From Candidatus Dormiibacterota bacterium (GTDB taxonomy: Bacteria > Chloroflexota > Dormibacteria > Aeolococcales > Aeolococcaceae), in NCBI GenBank assembly GCA_963789735.1, contig CAWBLV010000001.1, positions 213,822-277,821 on the forward strand: a stretch of 64,000 nucleotides of DNA, in the 5' to 3' direction. How positions within the stretch are numbered: position 1 is the first letter of the stretch; each line of letters starts with the position of its first letter. The translations under genes were made by a program, and so were the position numbers. This document shows positions 36,866 to 47,024 of this stretch, in pieces. The notes below the pieces were generated by a model, which worked only from the letters and a program-made list of their open reading frames with translations, did not search any database and was not told the DNA's origin.

Positions 36866-39196
36866 ATGGCTGAACTGACCTCCGAACTCCTTCCGATCCT
36901 GCAGCTCGACGACGTGGTCGTCATGCCGGGGATGACCGCCACCGTTGCGGTCGAGAGCGACACCCAGCGTGCCGCGATGACCGCCGCGCAGAGCGGCAAC
37001 CACCTGATCCTGCTCGTCCCCCGCGTGGGCGGCCGGTTTTCCGGGATCGGCACCGTTGCGCAGGTCGTCGAGACCGGGCAGCTGCCATCCGGTGCCGAGG
37101 TGTCGATCCTCAAGGGACTGCACCGTGCGCGTCTCGGTGGCGGACAGTCGGACATCGGCGGCGCGCTGTGGGTACAGGTCGAACCGCTTCCGGACGGCGA
37201 CCCCACCGACGCCGCTCGCGAGCTGGCGCGCGAATACCGCGCGCTCATCGAGAACCTCCTGGAGTTGCGTGGCGCGGGCCGCGCCATTGAGGCGGTGCGG
37301 TCGGTTCGTCACCCCGGCCACCTGGCCGACCTCGCCGGCTACTCGCCGGACTTCAGCATCGAGCAGAAGCTCGAGGTGCTGGAGACGCTCGACGTCGAGC
37401 AGCGCCTCACTCGCCTGATCGGATGGACCAAGGACGTCCTCGCCGACGCATCGGTGCGCGAGAAGGTGCGGACCGAGGTCAACGAGGGGATGGAGAAGAC
37501 CCAGCGCGACTTCCTGCTGCGCCAGCAGCTCGAGGCGATCAAGAAGCAACTCGGCGAGGGTGGCGACGATGTTGTCGCCGGTTATCGGGCGCGCCTCGAG
37601 AACGCGGGCATGCCCGAGGACGTGCGCAAGGAGGTCGAGCGCGAGCTGGACCGCTTCGAGCGGACGAGCGAGCAGAGCCCGGAGCACGGCTGGATCCGGA
37701 CCTATCTCGACTGGATGTTCGAGATCCCCTGGAACGTGCGATCCGAGGACAACCTCGACCTCGTCGAGGCACGGCGGATCCTCGATGAGGATCACACCGG
37801 TCTCGAGGACGTGAAGCAGCGGATCATCGAGTTCCTTGCGGTTCGCAAGCTCCGCAGCGAGCGCGGCATCACCGTACTGGGCGGTGGCTCCGGCGCGATC
37901 ATCACGCTGGTCGGACCTCCCGGCGTCGGCAAGACCTCGCTCGGCGAGTTGGTGGCGCGGGCGCTCGGACGCAAGTTCGCGCGCATCTCCCTCGGCGGCA
38001 TCCACGACGAGGCGGACATCCGCGGACACCGGCGCACCTACGTCGGAGCCCTCCCGGGCCGCATCGTGCGCGCCCTGAAGGAAGCGGGCACGAAGAACCC
38101 CGTGATCATGCTCGACGAGATCGACAAGGTCGGCAGTGACTGGCGGGGTGACCCGTCGTCCGCGTTGCTCGAGGTGCTCGATCCCGCGCAGAACAACACG
38201 TTCCGAGACCACTACCTCGAGGTCGACCTCGACCTGTCCGAAGTGCTCTTCATCCCGACGGCGAACGTGTGGGAGACGATCCCCGCCCCGCTGCTCGACC
38301 GCATGGAGCTGATCCGGCTCGACGGGTACACCGAGAACGAGAAGGTCGCGATCGCGCGCGATCATCTCCTCCGCCGCCAGATCGAGCAGGCCGGACTGCG
38401 GCCCGACGAGGTCAGCGTCACCGACGAGGCCATCCTCGCGGTCATCACGGATCACACCCGTGAAGCGGGTGTCCGGAACCTGGAACGCGAGCTCGGGAAG
38501 ATGACCCGCAAGGTGGCAACCCGAATTGCGGGCGGCGACTTCACGCCGCCGCTGGAGATCACGCCGGCGCAGGTTCGCGAGCTGCTCGGCAAGCCGAAGT
38601 TCGACAACGAAGTTGCCGAGCGGACTGCGGTCGCTGGTGTTGCCACTGGTCTCGCCGTGACCGGCACGGGAGGCGATGTCCTCTTCATCGAGGCGGCGAA
38701 CGCTCCTGGGGACGGCAAGCTCACGCTGACCGGCCAGCTGGGCGACGTGATGAAAGAGTTGGCGCAGATCGCGCTGTCATACGTGCGAGCGCACGCGGAG
38801 GAGTTGGGGATCGACCCAGACGCCGCCCGTCAGAGCTTCCACATCCACGTCCCGGCCGGCGCCGTGCCGAAGGACGGTCCCTCCGCGGGCGTCGCGATGA
38901 CGACCGCAGTGGTCAGCCTCCTCACCGGACGTCCGATGCGGAGCAGCGTCGCGATGACCGGCGAAGTCACCCTTCAGGGGCTCGTGCTCCCGATCGGTGG
39001 TGTCAAGCAGAAGGTGCTCGCGGCGCACCGCATGGGCCTGCGCGAGGTCATCCTGCCGAAGCGCAACGAGAAGGACATCGAGGACGTCCCCGAGAGCGTG
39101 CGCGAGGCAATGACCTTCCATCTGGCGAGCCACGTCGAGGATGCGATCGAGGTCGCACTCGAGCCGATCGCCACCGCAGTGACCGCCGCCGCGTAA
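36866..39196 (+). CDS. lon: ATP-dependent Lon protease
   Basis: 776-aa ORF; LON N-domain; Walker A GPPGVGKTS; Walker B IMLDEIDK; protease box PKDGPSAGVAMTTA. Confidence 0.95.
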   Translation: MAELTSELLPILQLDDVVVMPGMTATVAVESDTQRAAMTAAQSGNHLILLVPRVGGRFSGIGTVAQVVETGQLPSGAEVSILKGLHRARLGGGQSDIGGALWVQVEPLPDGDPTDAARELAREYRALIENLLELRGAGRAIEAVRSVRHPGHLADLAGYSPDFSIEQKLEVLETLDVEQRLTRLIGWTKDVLADASVREKVRTEVNEGMEKTQRDFLLRQQLEAIKKQLGEGGDDVVAGYRARLENAGMPEDVRKEVERELDRFERTSEQSPEHGWIRTYLDWMFEIPWNVRSEDNLDLVEARRILDEDHTGLEDVKQRIIEFLAVRKLRSERGITVLGGGSGAIITLVGPPGVGKTSLGELVARALGRKFARISLGGIHDEADIRGHRRTYVGALPGRIVRALKEAGTKNPVIMLDEIDKVGSDWRGDPSSALLEVLDPAQNNTFRDHYLEVDLDLSEVLFIPTANVWETIPAPLLDRMELIRLDGYTENEKVAIARDHLLRRQIEQAGLRPDEVSVTDEAILAVITDHTREAGVRNLERELGKMTRKVATRIAGGDFTPPLEITPAQVRELLGKPKFDNEVAERTAVAGVATGLAVTGTGGDVLFIEAANAPGDGKLTLTGQLGDVMKELAQIALSYVRAHAEELGIDPDAARQSFHIHVPAGAVPKDGPSAGVAMTTAVVSLLTGRPMRSSVAMTGEVTLQGLVLPIGGVKQKVLAAHRMGLREVILPKRNEKDIEDVPESVREAMTFHLASHVEDAIEVALEPIATAVTAAA

Positions 39197-39217
39197 ACGT
39201 CGCTCGGAGCAAACCAA

Positions 39218-39249
39218 AAGGGCCACCCCGCCGACGCGAGGTGGCCCTT
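39218..39249. terminator. hairpin between convergent lon and the G1 peptidase gene
   Basis: aagggccacc / ggtggccctt 10-bp perfect stem, 12-nt loop, flanked by A-run and T-rich bases. Confidence 0.6.
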
Positions 39250-39271
39250 CTGAGTCGTGGGTCAGACAGAG

Positions 39272-40123
39272 TTAGCCTTTCGGTCCCAATTGGATCGGAA
39301 TCGGATGACCCGAACGGTCAAACGTCGCCGTGAAGCTGCCGTCTGAGGCGATGCCGCTGACTGTGTCGAGCGTGATGAACCCGCCGCTCTTCAGCGGTGA
39401 AACCATGAAGATCGGGTAGTTGTTCGTGAAGCTCGCGATGCCCTTCTTGGATCCGCCGACTGACGCCCAGTTGTCACTCATGGTGGTGGTTCCGAAGTTC
39501 GCGAGTGCGAACAGGAAGCAATGCGTCTCGCTGGCGTTGCAGCCCGCGGGGCGCTCGATGATCCATTCCGCGGAAGCACGCGCGCATTCCGAGCATGATG
39601 CCGTGTCCGTGGCTGACTTGCCGCTGGTCAGGTCGGCGATGGTGAGGACAAACTTGCCGCCCGTGTAATCGACCGTCGCGGAGATCGTGTCACCCGGGGT
39701 CACCTTGAAGACGTTGACCGATCCCGCCGGAAACATCTCGTACCAGGCCTCGTACTTCGGCGTGGTCCAGTTCGGTCCGCCACAATACGCAAACGTGCCG
39801 TCCTGCTCGACCGTCCCGTTGTTGAAGCCGTCTAGTCCGACCCAGTTGGATGTGTACTGCTTCGGGACACCGGGGCATGTGACTGCCGGCTGCACGAACT
39901 CGGCACTGACATAGTTGAACTGCTTGGTCGATGTGACCGCGTAGCCCGACCAGTTTTCGCTGATAGTGGGAACACCGGCATTGGTGACGCCGTGCTGCAC
40001 GACGCGAATCATCGGGCCGCCCACGTTCGGCAGAGCCGGCGCACTGGCGACCGCTGTCGCCGTGCCGGCGACTGAGAGCAAGCTCCCACCGGCGACGGAA
40101 AGTAGTGCAAGCCAACGTTTCAT
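39272..40123 (-). CDS. secreted G1 (eqolisin / scytalidoglutamic) family glutamic peptidase
   Basis: ATG 40123 with signal peptide; NWSGY, WVGLDG, VEQDG (Gln) and SAEWIIERP (Glu) boxes. Confidence 0.75.
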   Translation of the reverse strand: MKRWLALLSVAGGSLLSVAGTATAVASAPALPNVGGPMIRVVQHGVTNAGVPTISENWSGYAVTSTKQFNYVSAEFVQPAVTCPGVPKQYTSNWVGLDGFNNGTVEQDGTFAYCGGPNWTTPKYEAWYEMFPAGSVNVFKVTPGDTISATVDYTGGKFVLTIADLTSGKSATDTASCSECARASAEWIIERPAGCNASETHCFLFALANFGTTTMSDNWASVGGSKKGIASFTNNYPIFMVSPLKSGGFITLDTVSGIASDGSFTATFDRSGHPIPIQLGPKG

Positions 40124-40306
40124 GGCTACCCCCTGGACGGGAATGGTTGGGACCGATCGATGGTAGAAGATCGTCACCGCGCGCCGCCAGTTTTCGCGTC
40201 CGTTTCTATCGTCCCATGCATCAGGTACTGCAAACGGTTCGCGCAAACCGCTGCGCTTCGTGTCGTAACGCAATCGAAAGACGCCGCAGAGCAGGCTGAT
40301 CGAACC

Positions 40307-40975
40307 GTGGCGTTGAACCCTTACGAGTCGCCGCGAGGGAGGTTGCGCGGTCGCGCCGAAGCGACTCGACGTCAGTTCCTGCTGATCATGGGTGGACTCG
40401 CAACTGCTGGGGCATCGCTTTTCGGTGGCATCGAAGTGCTCAGGTTCATGTTCCCCGTTGCGTCAAGCAATGCACCTGCGTTGTTCAAGACTTCGTTCAG
40501 CTTTCTCCAGCTCACCGGTGGCGTTGTGGGGGGCAAGGCTGTGACGCCGGTCAATGTCATCACTGACACGAACCATCGTGTGAGCGTCATCCTCGATGAT
40601 GCCGGCATTTACGCAGTACTGCTCATCTGCACGCATCTTGGATGCACGCCGAATTACGTGTCCGACGTCGTGACGGGTTCCGGTGTCGCCCCGTCAGTTG
40701 CAGATGCCCGTGGTGTGCGCACCAAAGCGCAGCAAATCCCGAACGGCTGGGCGTGCCCATGTCATGGCAGCCGCTATTTCATCGATTCCACCAACTTCTA
40801 CGGCCCTGCACCGCGCCCGATGGACTGGGTGAACATCGAGGTGACCCCGGACGGGTTCTTCGCGGTGGACCGGGCAACGCTGGTGGCGACGCGTGGCCCC
40901 GGTGACAACACGGCCCCGCAGTGGCGGTTGCTGGTCGGCTCACAGAAGAGCAACAACAAGACCTACGGCGTGTAG
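40307..40975 (+). CDS. Tat-exported Rieske [2Fe-2S] protein
   Basis: GTG 40307; twin-Arg TRRQFLLIMGG; CTHLGC and CPCHGS cluster boxes. Confidence 0.8.
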   Translation: MALNPYESPRGRLRGRAEATRRQFLLIMGGLATAGASLFGGIEVLRFMFPVASSNAPALFKTSFSFLQLTGGVVGGKAVTPVNVITDTNHRVSVILDDAGIYAVLLICTHLGCTPNYVSDVVTGSGVAPSVADARGVRTKAQQIPNGWACPCHGSRYFIDSTNFYGPAPRPMDWVNIEVTPDGFFAVDRATLVATRGPGDNTAPQWRLLVGSQKSNNKTYGV

Positions 40976-41110
40976 CGGCTCTGCCGCACCCAGCGGAGAT
41001 CAGGAAGTCGGATACGGGGGATGGTCTGAGAGACTCGGATGGGAGGACCACGTCCAGGACCCCCGGACGCCGATCATGGCCCGGCCCCGGGGCAACGAGG
41101 AGACAACGGA

Positions 41111-41521
41111 ATGAATCACCCTCTGCGGGCGCTTGGGTGCGGCATCGGGACCTGTGCCGTGATCGCGCTGGTGAGCGGATGTGGCGGAAATGGCCCAACC
41201 CCATCAGCGACCACCTGCAACGGCTCGGCCGCCGTGAGCGGGCTCGGCACGGTGGCCGAAACCATCGACGCCACCGACAACCTCGTCTTCGTTCCGGCGT
41301 CCACGACAGCCAGCGTTGGCGACGTCGTCGAGTTCAAGAACACCGGGACAGTCGCACATACCGTGACCTTCCAGGACAACAACGACGGCTGCCTCTCCGA
41401 CGCGATGCTCAATCCCGGCTCCACCTGGGAGGTGAAGTTCACCGCTGCGGGAACGTACAACTACCTCTGCACGATCCATGCTCCGAACATGAAGGGCGAG
41501 ATCACGGTCACGGGATCCTAG
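41111..41521 (+). CDS. cupredoxin (plastocyanin/amicyanin-like type-1 copper) lipoprotein
   Basis: ATG 41111; lipobox LVSGCG; copper ligands in VAHTV and YLCTIHAPNM. Confidence 0.8.
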   Translation: MNHPLRALGCGIGTCAVIALVSGCGGNGPTPSATTCNGSAAVSGLGTVAETIDATDNLVFVPASTTASVGDVVEFKNTGTVAHTVTFQDNNDGCLSDAMLNPGSTWEVKFTAAGTYNYLCTIHAPNMKGEITVTGS

Positions 41522-41641
41522 GCAGGATCCAGAGTCGTCGCTCCGTGGGTGGAGCGAGGCGATTGCGATACTTTTGGACGTGGAGCCTCGCGTCTCGCTG
41601 ATCACCCTTGGGGTGGCTGCCCTCGAGCGTTCGTATCGCTT

Positions 41642-42073
41642 CTACAAGGACGGCTCGCTCCGCGTGCCCTGAACGGTGTACGCGGCGTCACCCGGCGCGC
41701 AGTGCTCTCGCTGATTGATCTCGACCGCTCGGCCGTCGGGGTCCTCGGCGATCGCCCGGCATCCCCACGGGCGCTCTTCGTGTGCCGTCCGGATGCCCGC
41801 ACCGAGGCTCCGCAACGCCTTCACGGCGTCATCCAGCGATTCGACGTAGAAACCGGGAAAGTCGCTGCCGGCACGCCGCCACACGGCAGCGCGGCTCGCC
41901 GTGTCGTCAGGGGCTTGGAAGACAGCGAAGTGAACGCCGTTGAGGTCGGCGGCGAGATGCTCGGGACCGTCTCCGTGGTCTTCCGCTTCGAGTGGGACGC
42001 CGAGGGCGCGATAGAAGGAGGCGGTTCGTACGGCGTCAGCCGCGAACAGCACGATCGAGGACACCTCAACCAT
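41642..42073 (-). CDS. VOC (glyoxalase/bleomycin-resistance) family protein
   Basis: ATG 42073; IVLFAADAVRTASFYRALG start and paired beta-alpha-beta-beta-beta modules. Confidence 0.7.
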   Translation of the reverse strand: MVEVSSIVLFAADAVRTASFYRALGVPLEAEDHGDGPEHLAADLNGVHFAVFQAPDDTASRAAVWRRAGSDFPGFYVESLDDAVKALRSLGAGIRTAHEERPWGCRAIAEDPDGRAVEINQREHCAPGDAAYTVQGTRSEPSL

Positions 42074-42225
42074 CCAGCGAGTCTGACACCGCCGGCTGGT
42101 CCGGCGAAGCCACGCCAGTGCGGTCAACGTAAACTTGAGGCAGACGGCGATGGAGCTCGCCGAAAACCGCCTCTATGACTGATGGCTCCTGTTCACCGCC
42201 CTAGCAGGGAGAGCAGGACCACGCC

Positions 42226-43864
42226 ATGGCAGAGCGATCGAACCAACGTCCCATAGTCGATCCGGCCGCGTCTCGCAGGCAAACAGTCGGCGAGCTATCG
42301 GTGGTATCAGCGCAGCCCGCTCCAACTCTTCCAATCAGCATGCTCTTCGCCGACGGCAACGAGAGCAAGACCAGCACCGAACCGCACGATCGTTCCTATG
42401 CCTCCGACCTGAATCTCGATCAGATTGTCGCTGCCATCGCTCGCGTGCAGGAGGAGAAGGATTTCATCGCAGGCCTCCTCTACCAACACGTTGACGACAT
42501 CGACACCGTGCAGTACCGGCACGAGGTCTTTCGTGACCTGGAAGGACGCGTCGCTGCTCGCGAGCATCCGGGAGTTTGCCGATGTCGCGCGGACGGTCCG
42601 CACTCACCTGAAGCAGGCCGGGGAAATGCGGTACCGGTACCAGCGCGAAGGCTGGTTCCTGGATGCCGTCGCCGGCTATTGCGATGCGGTCCGAACTCTG
42701 GCCGGCGCGTTGACCACTTCACGCGTCACGTCGCGTGCCCTGGTCGCCTTCCGCGCATTCTTGACGGAGTACGTTGCCTCCCCTGCATTCGTTGCTCTCG
42801 CGGCCGACACGAACCGCTGCAAGGAAGCGCTCGCGCAGGTCCGCTACTGCACGCGGATCCGCGGGGCACGGGTCGACGTCACCCGATACGAGGGCCAGCC
42901 CGACTACAGCGCGGAGGTCCTCGAGACGTTCGATCGATTCAAGCAGGGCGCCGTCAAGGATTACCGCATCAACTACCGCTTGGCGCCCGGGATGAACCAC
43001 GTCGCCGCGCAGATCGTCGATTTGGTGGCGCGTCTCTTTCCCGAAGAGTTCCAGGCGCTCGACGAGTATTGCCGCCTGCATGCCGGCTTTTTCGACTCGA
43101 CGGTGCGGCGCTTCGAGCGCGAGATCCATTTCTATCTCGCGTATCTCGACTACATCGGACCGCTCCGCGATACCGGCCTCAGCTTCTGCTATCCGGAATT
43201 GACCGCGACCTCAAAGGCGATCTCCGCAACCGCCACCTTCGACCTCGCGCTTGCGAAGAAACTCGTCGCGGAGCACAAGCCCATCGTGACCAACGACTTT
43301 CATATGGAGGGCCCCGAACGCATCTTCGTGGTCTCCGGTCCGAACCAGGGTGGGAAGACCACCTTTGCGCGCACCTTCGGGCAGCTGCATCATCTGGCCG
43401 GCATCGGCTATCTGGTTCCTGGCAGCGCCGCTCGCCTCTTTTTCTTTGACCACCTCTTCGCGCACTTCGAGCGCAGCGAGGACATCACCAATCTGCGCGG
43501 CAAGCTGGAGGACGACCTCGTCCGGATTCGCCAGATCCTGCATGCGGCAACGCCCAACAGCATCGTGATCATGAACGAGATCTTCACGTCGACAACGCTG
43601 AGCGATGCTCGCTTCCTCGGCGAGAAGGTGCTGCGACAGCTCATCCATCTCGAGGCCTTGGGTGTCTACGTCACCTTCGTCGACGAGCTCGCGTCACTCG
43701 ACGATTCGATCGTCAGCATGATCAGCACGATCGTTCCCGAGAATCCCGCCGAGCGCACGTACAAGCTGATTCGCGGGCCCGCCGACGGGCTCGCGTATGC
43801 GCTGGCGATCGCCGAGAAACACAACCTCACCTACGAGCGGCTGCGGCAGAGGATCGTCGCGTGA
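42226..43864 (+). pseudogene. MutS-domain-III/V ATPase paralog 1 (no mismatch-binding domain); apparent +1-nt frameshift near 42544
   Basis: N-terminus is in ORF 42226 (..YRHEVFRDLE). It continues in ORF 42425 (DASLLASIREF...) if one G of ctggaaGGac is removed. Walker A GPNQGGKTT; Walker B-like IVIMNEIF. Confidence 0.75.
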
Positions 43865-45468
43865 AGGCGTACCTGCTCTCCCACGATCACGACTTCGATT
43901 TCGGGGCTGACCTGCCTCCGAACCATGCCGACCTGATCCAGGACCTCGAGTTGACGACCCTTCTCGACGCGATGGCGCGTGGGGACAAGTTCCTGCTCGA
44001 GGTCTCGAGGCGGGTCCTGCTCGCGTCCCTTGTGGAACCCGAGTCCATCGTCTACCGCCAGCAGGTTCTGGCGGACTGCATCGCTCAGCCTCACGTCATC
44101 CGAGAGATGTACGACATCGCCGTCGGTGCGCTCGAGGACAAGCGGGGGATCTGGGGATACAGCTCGCAATACCCGTCGTCGATTCTGTCGAGCGCGGTCA
44201 ACCAGCTCGAAGCCGCTGTCGTCCGCCTCAAGCAACTGCGCGCGATCGCCGACTCGAACGCCGGGCAATTCACATCGCCCGGCCTCACGACGCTGTTTCA
44301 CACCCTGCAAAACGAGCTCGACGACGAATATTTCCGCACGATCAGCTTTCATCTGAAGCAGCTGCGTTTCCGCAACGGCGAGTTGATCAGCGCAGGGCTC
44401 GACCGCGACAACAGCGGGATCGGCTTCGTCCTTCGCGCGTCTGCCGGCGGAAAGCGAACGCTGAAGGAACGTCTCGGTATCGCCCCGCGTTCGTCGTACT
44501 CCTTCACCATCCCACCGCGTGACGACGCGGGATCCATCGCCCTCGGCGAGATCACGAGTCGCGGGATCAATCTCGTCGCCAACGCCGCCGCGCAGTCGAG
44601 CGACCACATCTGGAGCTACTTCAGCATGCTGCGCGCGGAGCTCGGGTTCTACGTGAGCTGCCTCAATCTGTCGGATCGGCTCGTGGCAAAGGGGCTCCGG
44701 ACATCGTTCCCCGAGCCGGTGTCACCGGCTCCGAGAGTACTGGCCTCCACCGGCCTCCGTGACGCCTGCCTCGCGCTGCGGTCCGAGCACGATGTCGTCG
44801 GCAACGACTTCGATGCCACCGGGAAATCGCTGGCCATCATCACCGGCGCGAACTCGGGAGGGAAGACGACCTTCCTGCGAAGCGTCGGCATCGCGCAGGT
44901 GATGATGCAGTGCGGCATGTTCGTCGCCGCCGAGACATTCCGCGCCAGCGTCTGCACCGGAGTCTTCACGCACTCTGCCAGAGAGGAGGACGCGAGCATG
45001 ACGAGCGGCCGGCTCGACGAAGAACTGACACGCATGAGCGTTATCGCCGATCAGATCCGACCACATTGCCTCGTGCTCTTCAACGAGTCGTTCGCCGCGA
45101 CCAACGAGCGAGAGGGATCCGAGATCGGACGTCAGATCGTCAGTGCGTTGCTCGAAGCCAGTATCACGGTGTTCTTCGTCACGCATCAATTCGACTTCGC
45201 CGACGGGTTCCACCGTACACGCACCGAGACGACATTGTTCCTCCGAGCCGTGCGTCAGTCCGAGGGTCGCCGCAACTTCAAGCTGGCCGTCGCACCACCG
45301 CTGCCGACCAGCTTTGGAGAAGACGTGTACGACCAGCTCGGAGACTGGTTGCAGGCGGACGGCGATCGCCCCGCTCCTTCGGACTGCACAAACGCGGCCC
45401 GAGATGGTGGCCGCGGAGCTTCGCCGATTCTTCAGCGATCAGCGGTGGCGCGTCAGCCTCGCGATTAG
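43861..45468 (+). CDS. MutS-domain-III/V ATPase paralog 2
   Basis: 535-aa ORF; GTG overlaps the upstream stop (GTGA); Walker A GANSGGKTT; Walker B-like LVLFNESF; FVTHQFDF. Confidence 0.8.
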   Translation: MKAYLLSHDHDFDFGADLPPNHADLIQDLELTTLLDAMARGDKFLLEVSRRVLLASLVEPESIVYRQQVLADCIAQPHVIREMYDIAVGALEDKRGIWGYSSQYPSSILSSAVNQLEAAVVRLKQLRAIADSNAGQFTSPGLTTLFHTLQNELDDEYFRTISFHLKQLRFRNGELISAGLDRDNSGIGFVLRASAGGKRTLKERLGIAPRSSYSFTIPPRDDAGSIALGEITSRGINLVANAAAQSSDHIWSYFSMLRAELGFYVSCLNLSDRLVAKGLRTSFPEPVSPAPRVLASTGLRDACLALRSEHDVVGNDFDATGKSLAIITGANSGGKTTFLRSVGIAQVMMQCGMFVAAETFRASVCTGVFTHSAREEDASMTSGRLDEELTRMSVIADQIRPHCLVLFNESFAATNEREGSEIGRQIVSALLEASITVFFVTHQFDFADGFHRTRTETTLFLRAVRQSEGRRNFKLAVAPPLPTSFGEDVYDQLGDWLQADGDRPAPSDCTNAARDGGRGASPILQRSAVARQPRD

Positions 45469-46049
45469 GACGCGCAGCGCGTTTCGCCGTCGTCCGGCTT
45501 CCTCGCGACAAAACGGATGTCGTAGCCGACCGAGACCATCACGTGGTCGAATCCAATCGTCTGGAGACGGGGGATCAGCGAAGCCGGTTCGATCGGGTTG
45601 TACGTATCTCCCGCGTGGAAGTCGTGCAGATCGGTGGTGCCCAGGCTGTCGGACCCGACGAGGATTCCCGCCGGGCGCAGCACGCGCCAGGCTTCGCTCA
45701 GCACTTTGTTCTGCAGCGCGACGGTCGGCAGGTGATGCAGCATCGTGAACGTACCGACGGAATCGAAAGACGCGTCGTCGAATCCTAGTCGCGACGCATC
45801 TCCCGTCAGCACCTCGACGTTCGAGTCTGCGTACCGGGCAGCGAGCTGCTCTGCAGCCTCCGGGTCGACCTCGATCGCGACCAGGCGGCGGACGCGCGTG
45901 CGAAGCCATTCCGTAGCTGCGCCGGGACCGGGACCAATTTCGAGCATCTCGTCACCGAGGTTGATTTCCGACAGCAGCGAGCCAAGCACCTCGCGATGGA
46001 TGTGGTCGGCCCATTCGGGGGTGGCGCACAGGGCGTGGTTATCATTCAT
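45465..46049 (-). CDS. class I SAM-dependent methyltransferase
   Basis: ATG 46049; motif I LEIGPGPGAAT; VLRPAGILV. Confidence 0.8.
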   Translation of the reverse strand: MNDNHALCATPEWADHIHREVLGSLLSEINLGDEMLEIGPGPGAATEWLRTRVRRLVAIEVDPEAAEQLAARYADSNVEVLTGDASRLGFDDASFDSVGTFTMLHHLPTVALQNKVLSEAWRVLRPAGILVGSDSLGTTDLHDFHAGDTYNPIEPASLIPRLQTIGFDHVMVSVGYDIRFVARKPDDGETRCAS

Positions 46050-46144
46050 GGGTGTCGAGTTGACAGGCGCTCTCCCGGCGGGCAAGCGCGTACGCTGACA
46101 AGCCGTGTCGCAAGAACGACAATCCAGCAGGCGCCCGTCCAGAG

Positions 46145-46873
46145 ATGGTGCATGGAATTGCCGCCTGCATGTTTCCGATGGCGCCCGGGGATACGTTCGA
46201 CTGGCACACGCATGACGACGATCAGCTCGCGTGGGCGTCGCGCGGTGTGATCAGCGTGGTCACCGATACAGCAACGTGGCTGCTGCCACCGTCGCGTGCG
46301 TTGTGGATTCCAGCAGGCGTGCGCCACGAGGTGCGGGCGCAAGGCACGACGACCATGCGATCCCTCTATGTGAAGACAGCGCTCCTCGCGATCGACTGGA
46401 CGATCCCAACAGTTGTCGGAGCACGGCCGCTCCTGCTCGACCTCGTCGAGTATCTCGGCGATGACACGCTGAGCAGTGCCAGACGCGAGCGAGCCGCCGC
46501 GCTGCTCGCGGACCTCCTCGAGCCGCTCGCGGTGACGACCATCGAGGTGCGGTTGCCGGCGGACGCTCGTGCGAGGACTGTCGCCGAGGCACTGCTGCAG
46601 GATCCCGCGGAGAGCCGGACGCTCACCTCCTGGGGACGGCAGGTGGGCGCGAGCGGCCGGACGCTGGAGCGAGCATTCCTTGCTGAGACGGGGGTGCCGT
46701 TCAGCAGATGGCGCACGCTGGCCCGGCTCAATGCCTCACTCCCGTTGCTCGCTTCCGGGCGGGCCATCAGTCACGTGGCGCCCGCGGTCGGATACGAATC
46801 GACGAGCGCTTTCGTCGCGGCATTTCACCGCGAAGTCGGACTGACGCCGACGGCCTACTTTCGCGCGAAGTAG
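46145..46873 (+). CDS. AraC family transcriptional regulator (cupin + HTH)
   Basis: 242-aa ORF; N-terminal cupin (FDWHTHDDDQL); C-terminal AraC HTH (GRTLERAFLAETGVPFSRWR...SAFVAAFHREVGLTP). Confidence 0.8.
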   Translation: MVHGIAACMFPMAPGDTFDWHTHDDDQLAWASRGVISVVTDTATWLLPPSRALWIPAGVRHEVRAQGTTTMRSLYVKTALLAIDWTIPTVVGARPLLLDLVEYLGDDTLSSARRERAAALLADLLEPLAVTTIEVRLPADARARTVAEALLQDPAESRTLTSWGRQVGASGRTLERAFLAETGVPFSRWRTLARLNASLPLLASGRAISHVAPAVGYESTSAFVAAFHREVGLTPTAYFRAK

Positions 46874-47024
46874 CGTCGGCCGCTCGTGTGACCACGGCGG
46901 GTTGTCGTTCTCGCGACAGGGATTGTCAGGCCACGGGCTTGCAGGTCACACCGACCGTGGTCAGTGTGGTGACGACAAACCGCATCACCACCGAATGGCC
47001 TCGCCATGTGACGAAGGGAACGAA

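Noticed and set aside
42535-42550. Programmed +1/-1 ribosomal frameshifting in the MutS-like gene, and at the other five frameshift sites.
   Set aside because: I see no slippery heptamer or downstream structure. Six unrelated genes share the same kind of one-nucleotide disruption, which points to sequence error or decay.
42226-45468. Canonical mutS mismatch-repair genes.
   Set aside because: Both proteins lack the N-terminal mismatch-binding domain and carry N-E instead of D-E in Walker B. No mutL is nearby.
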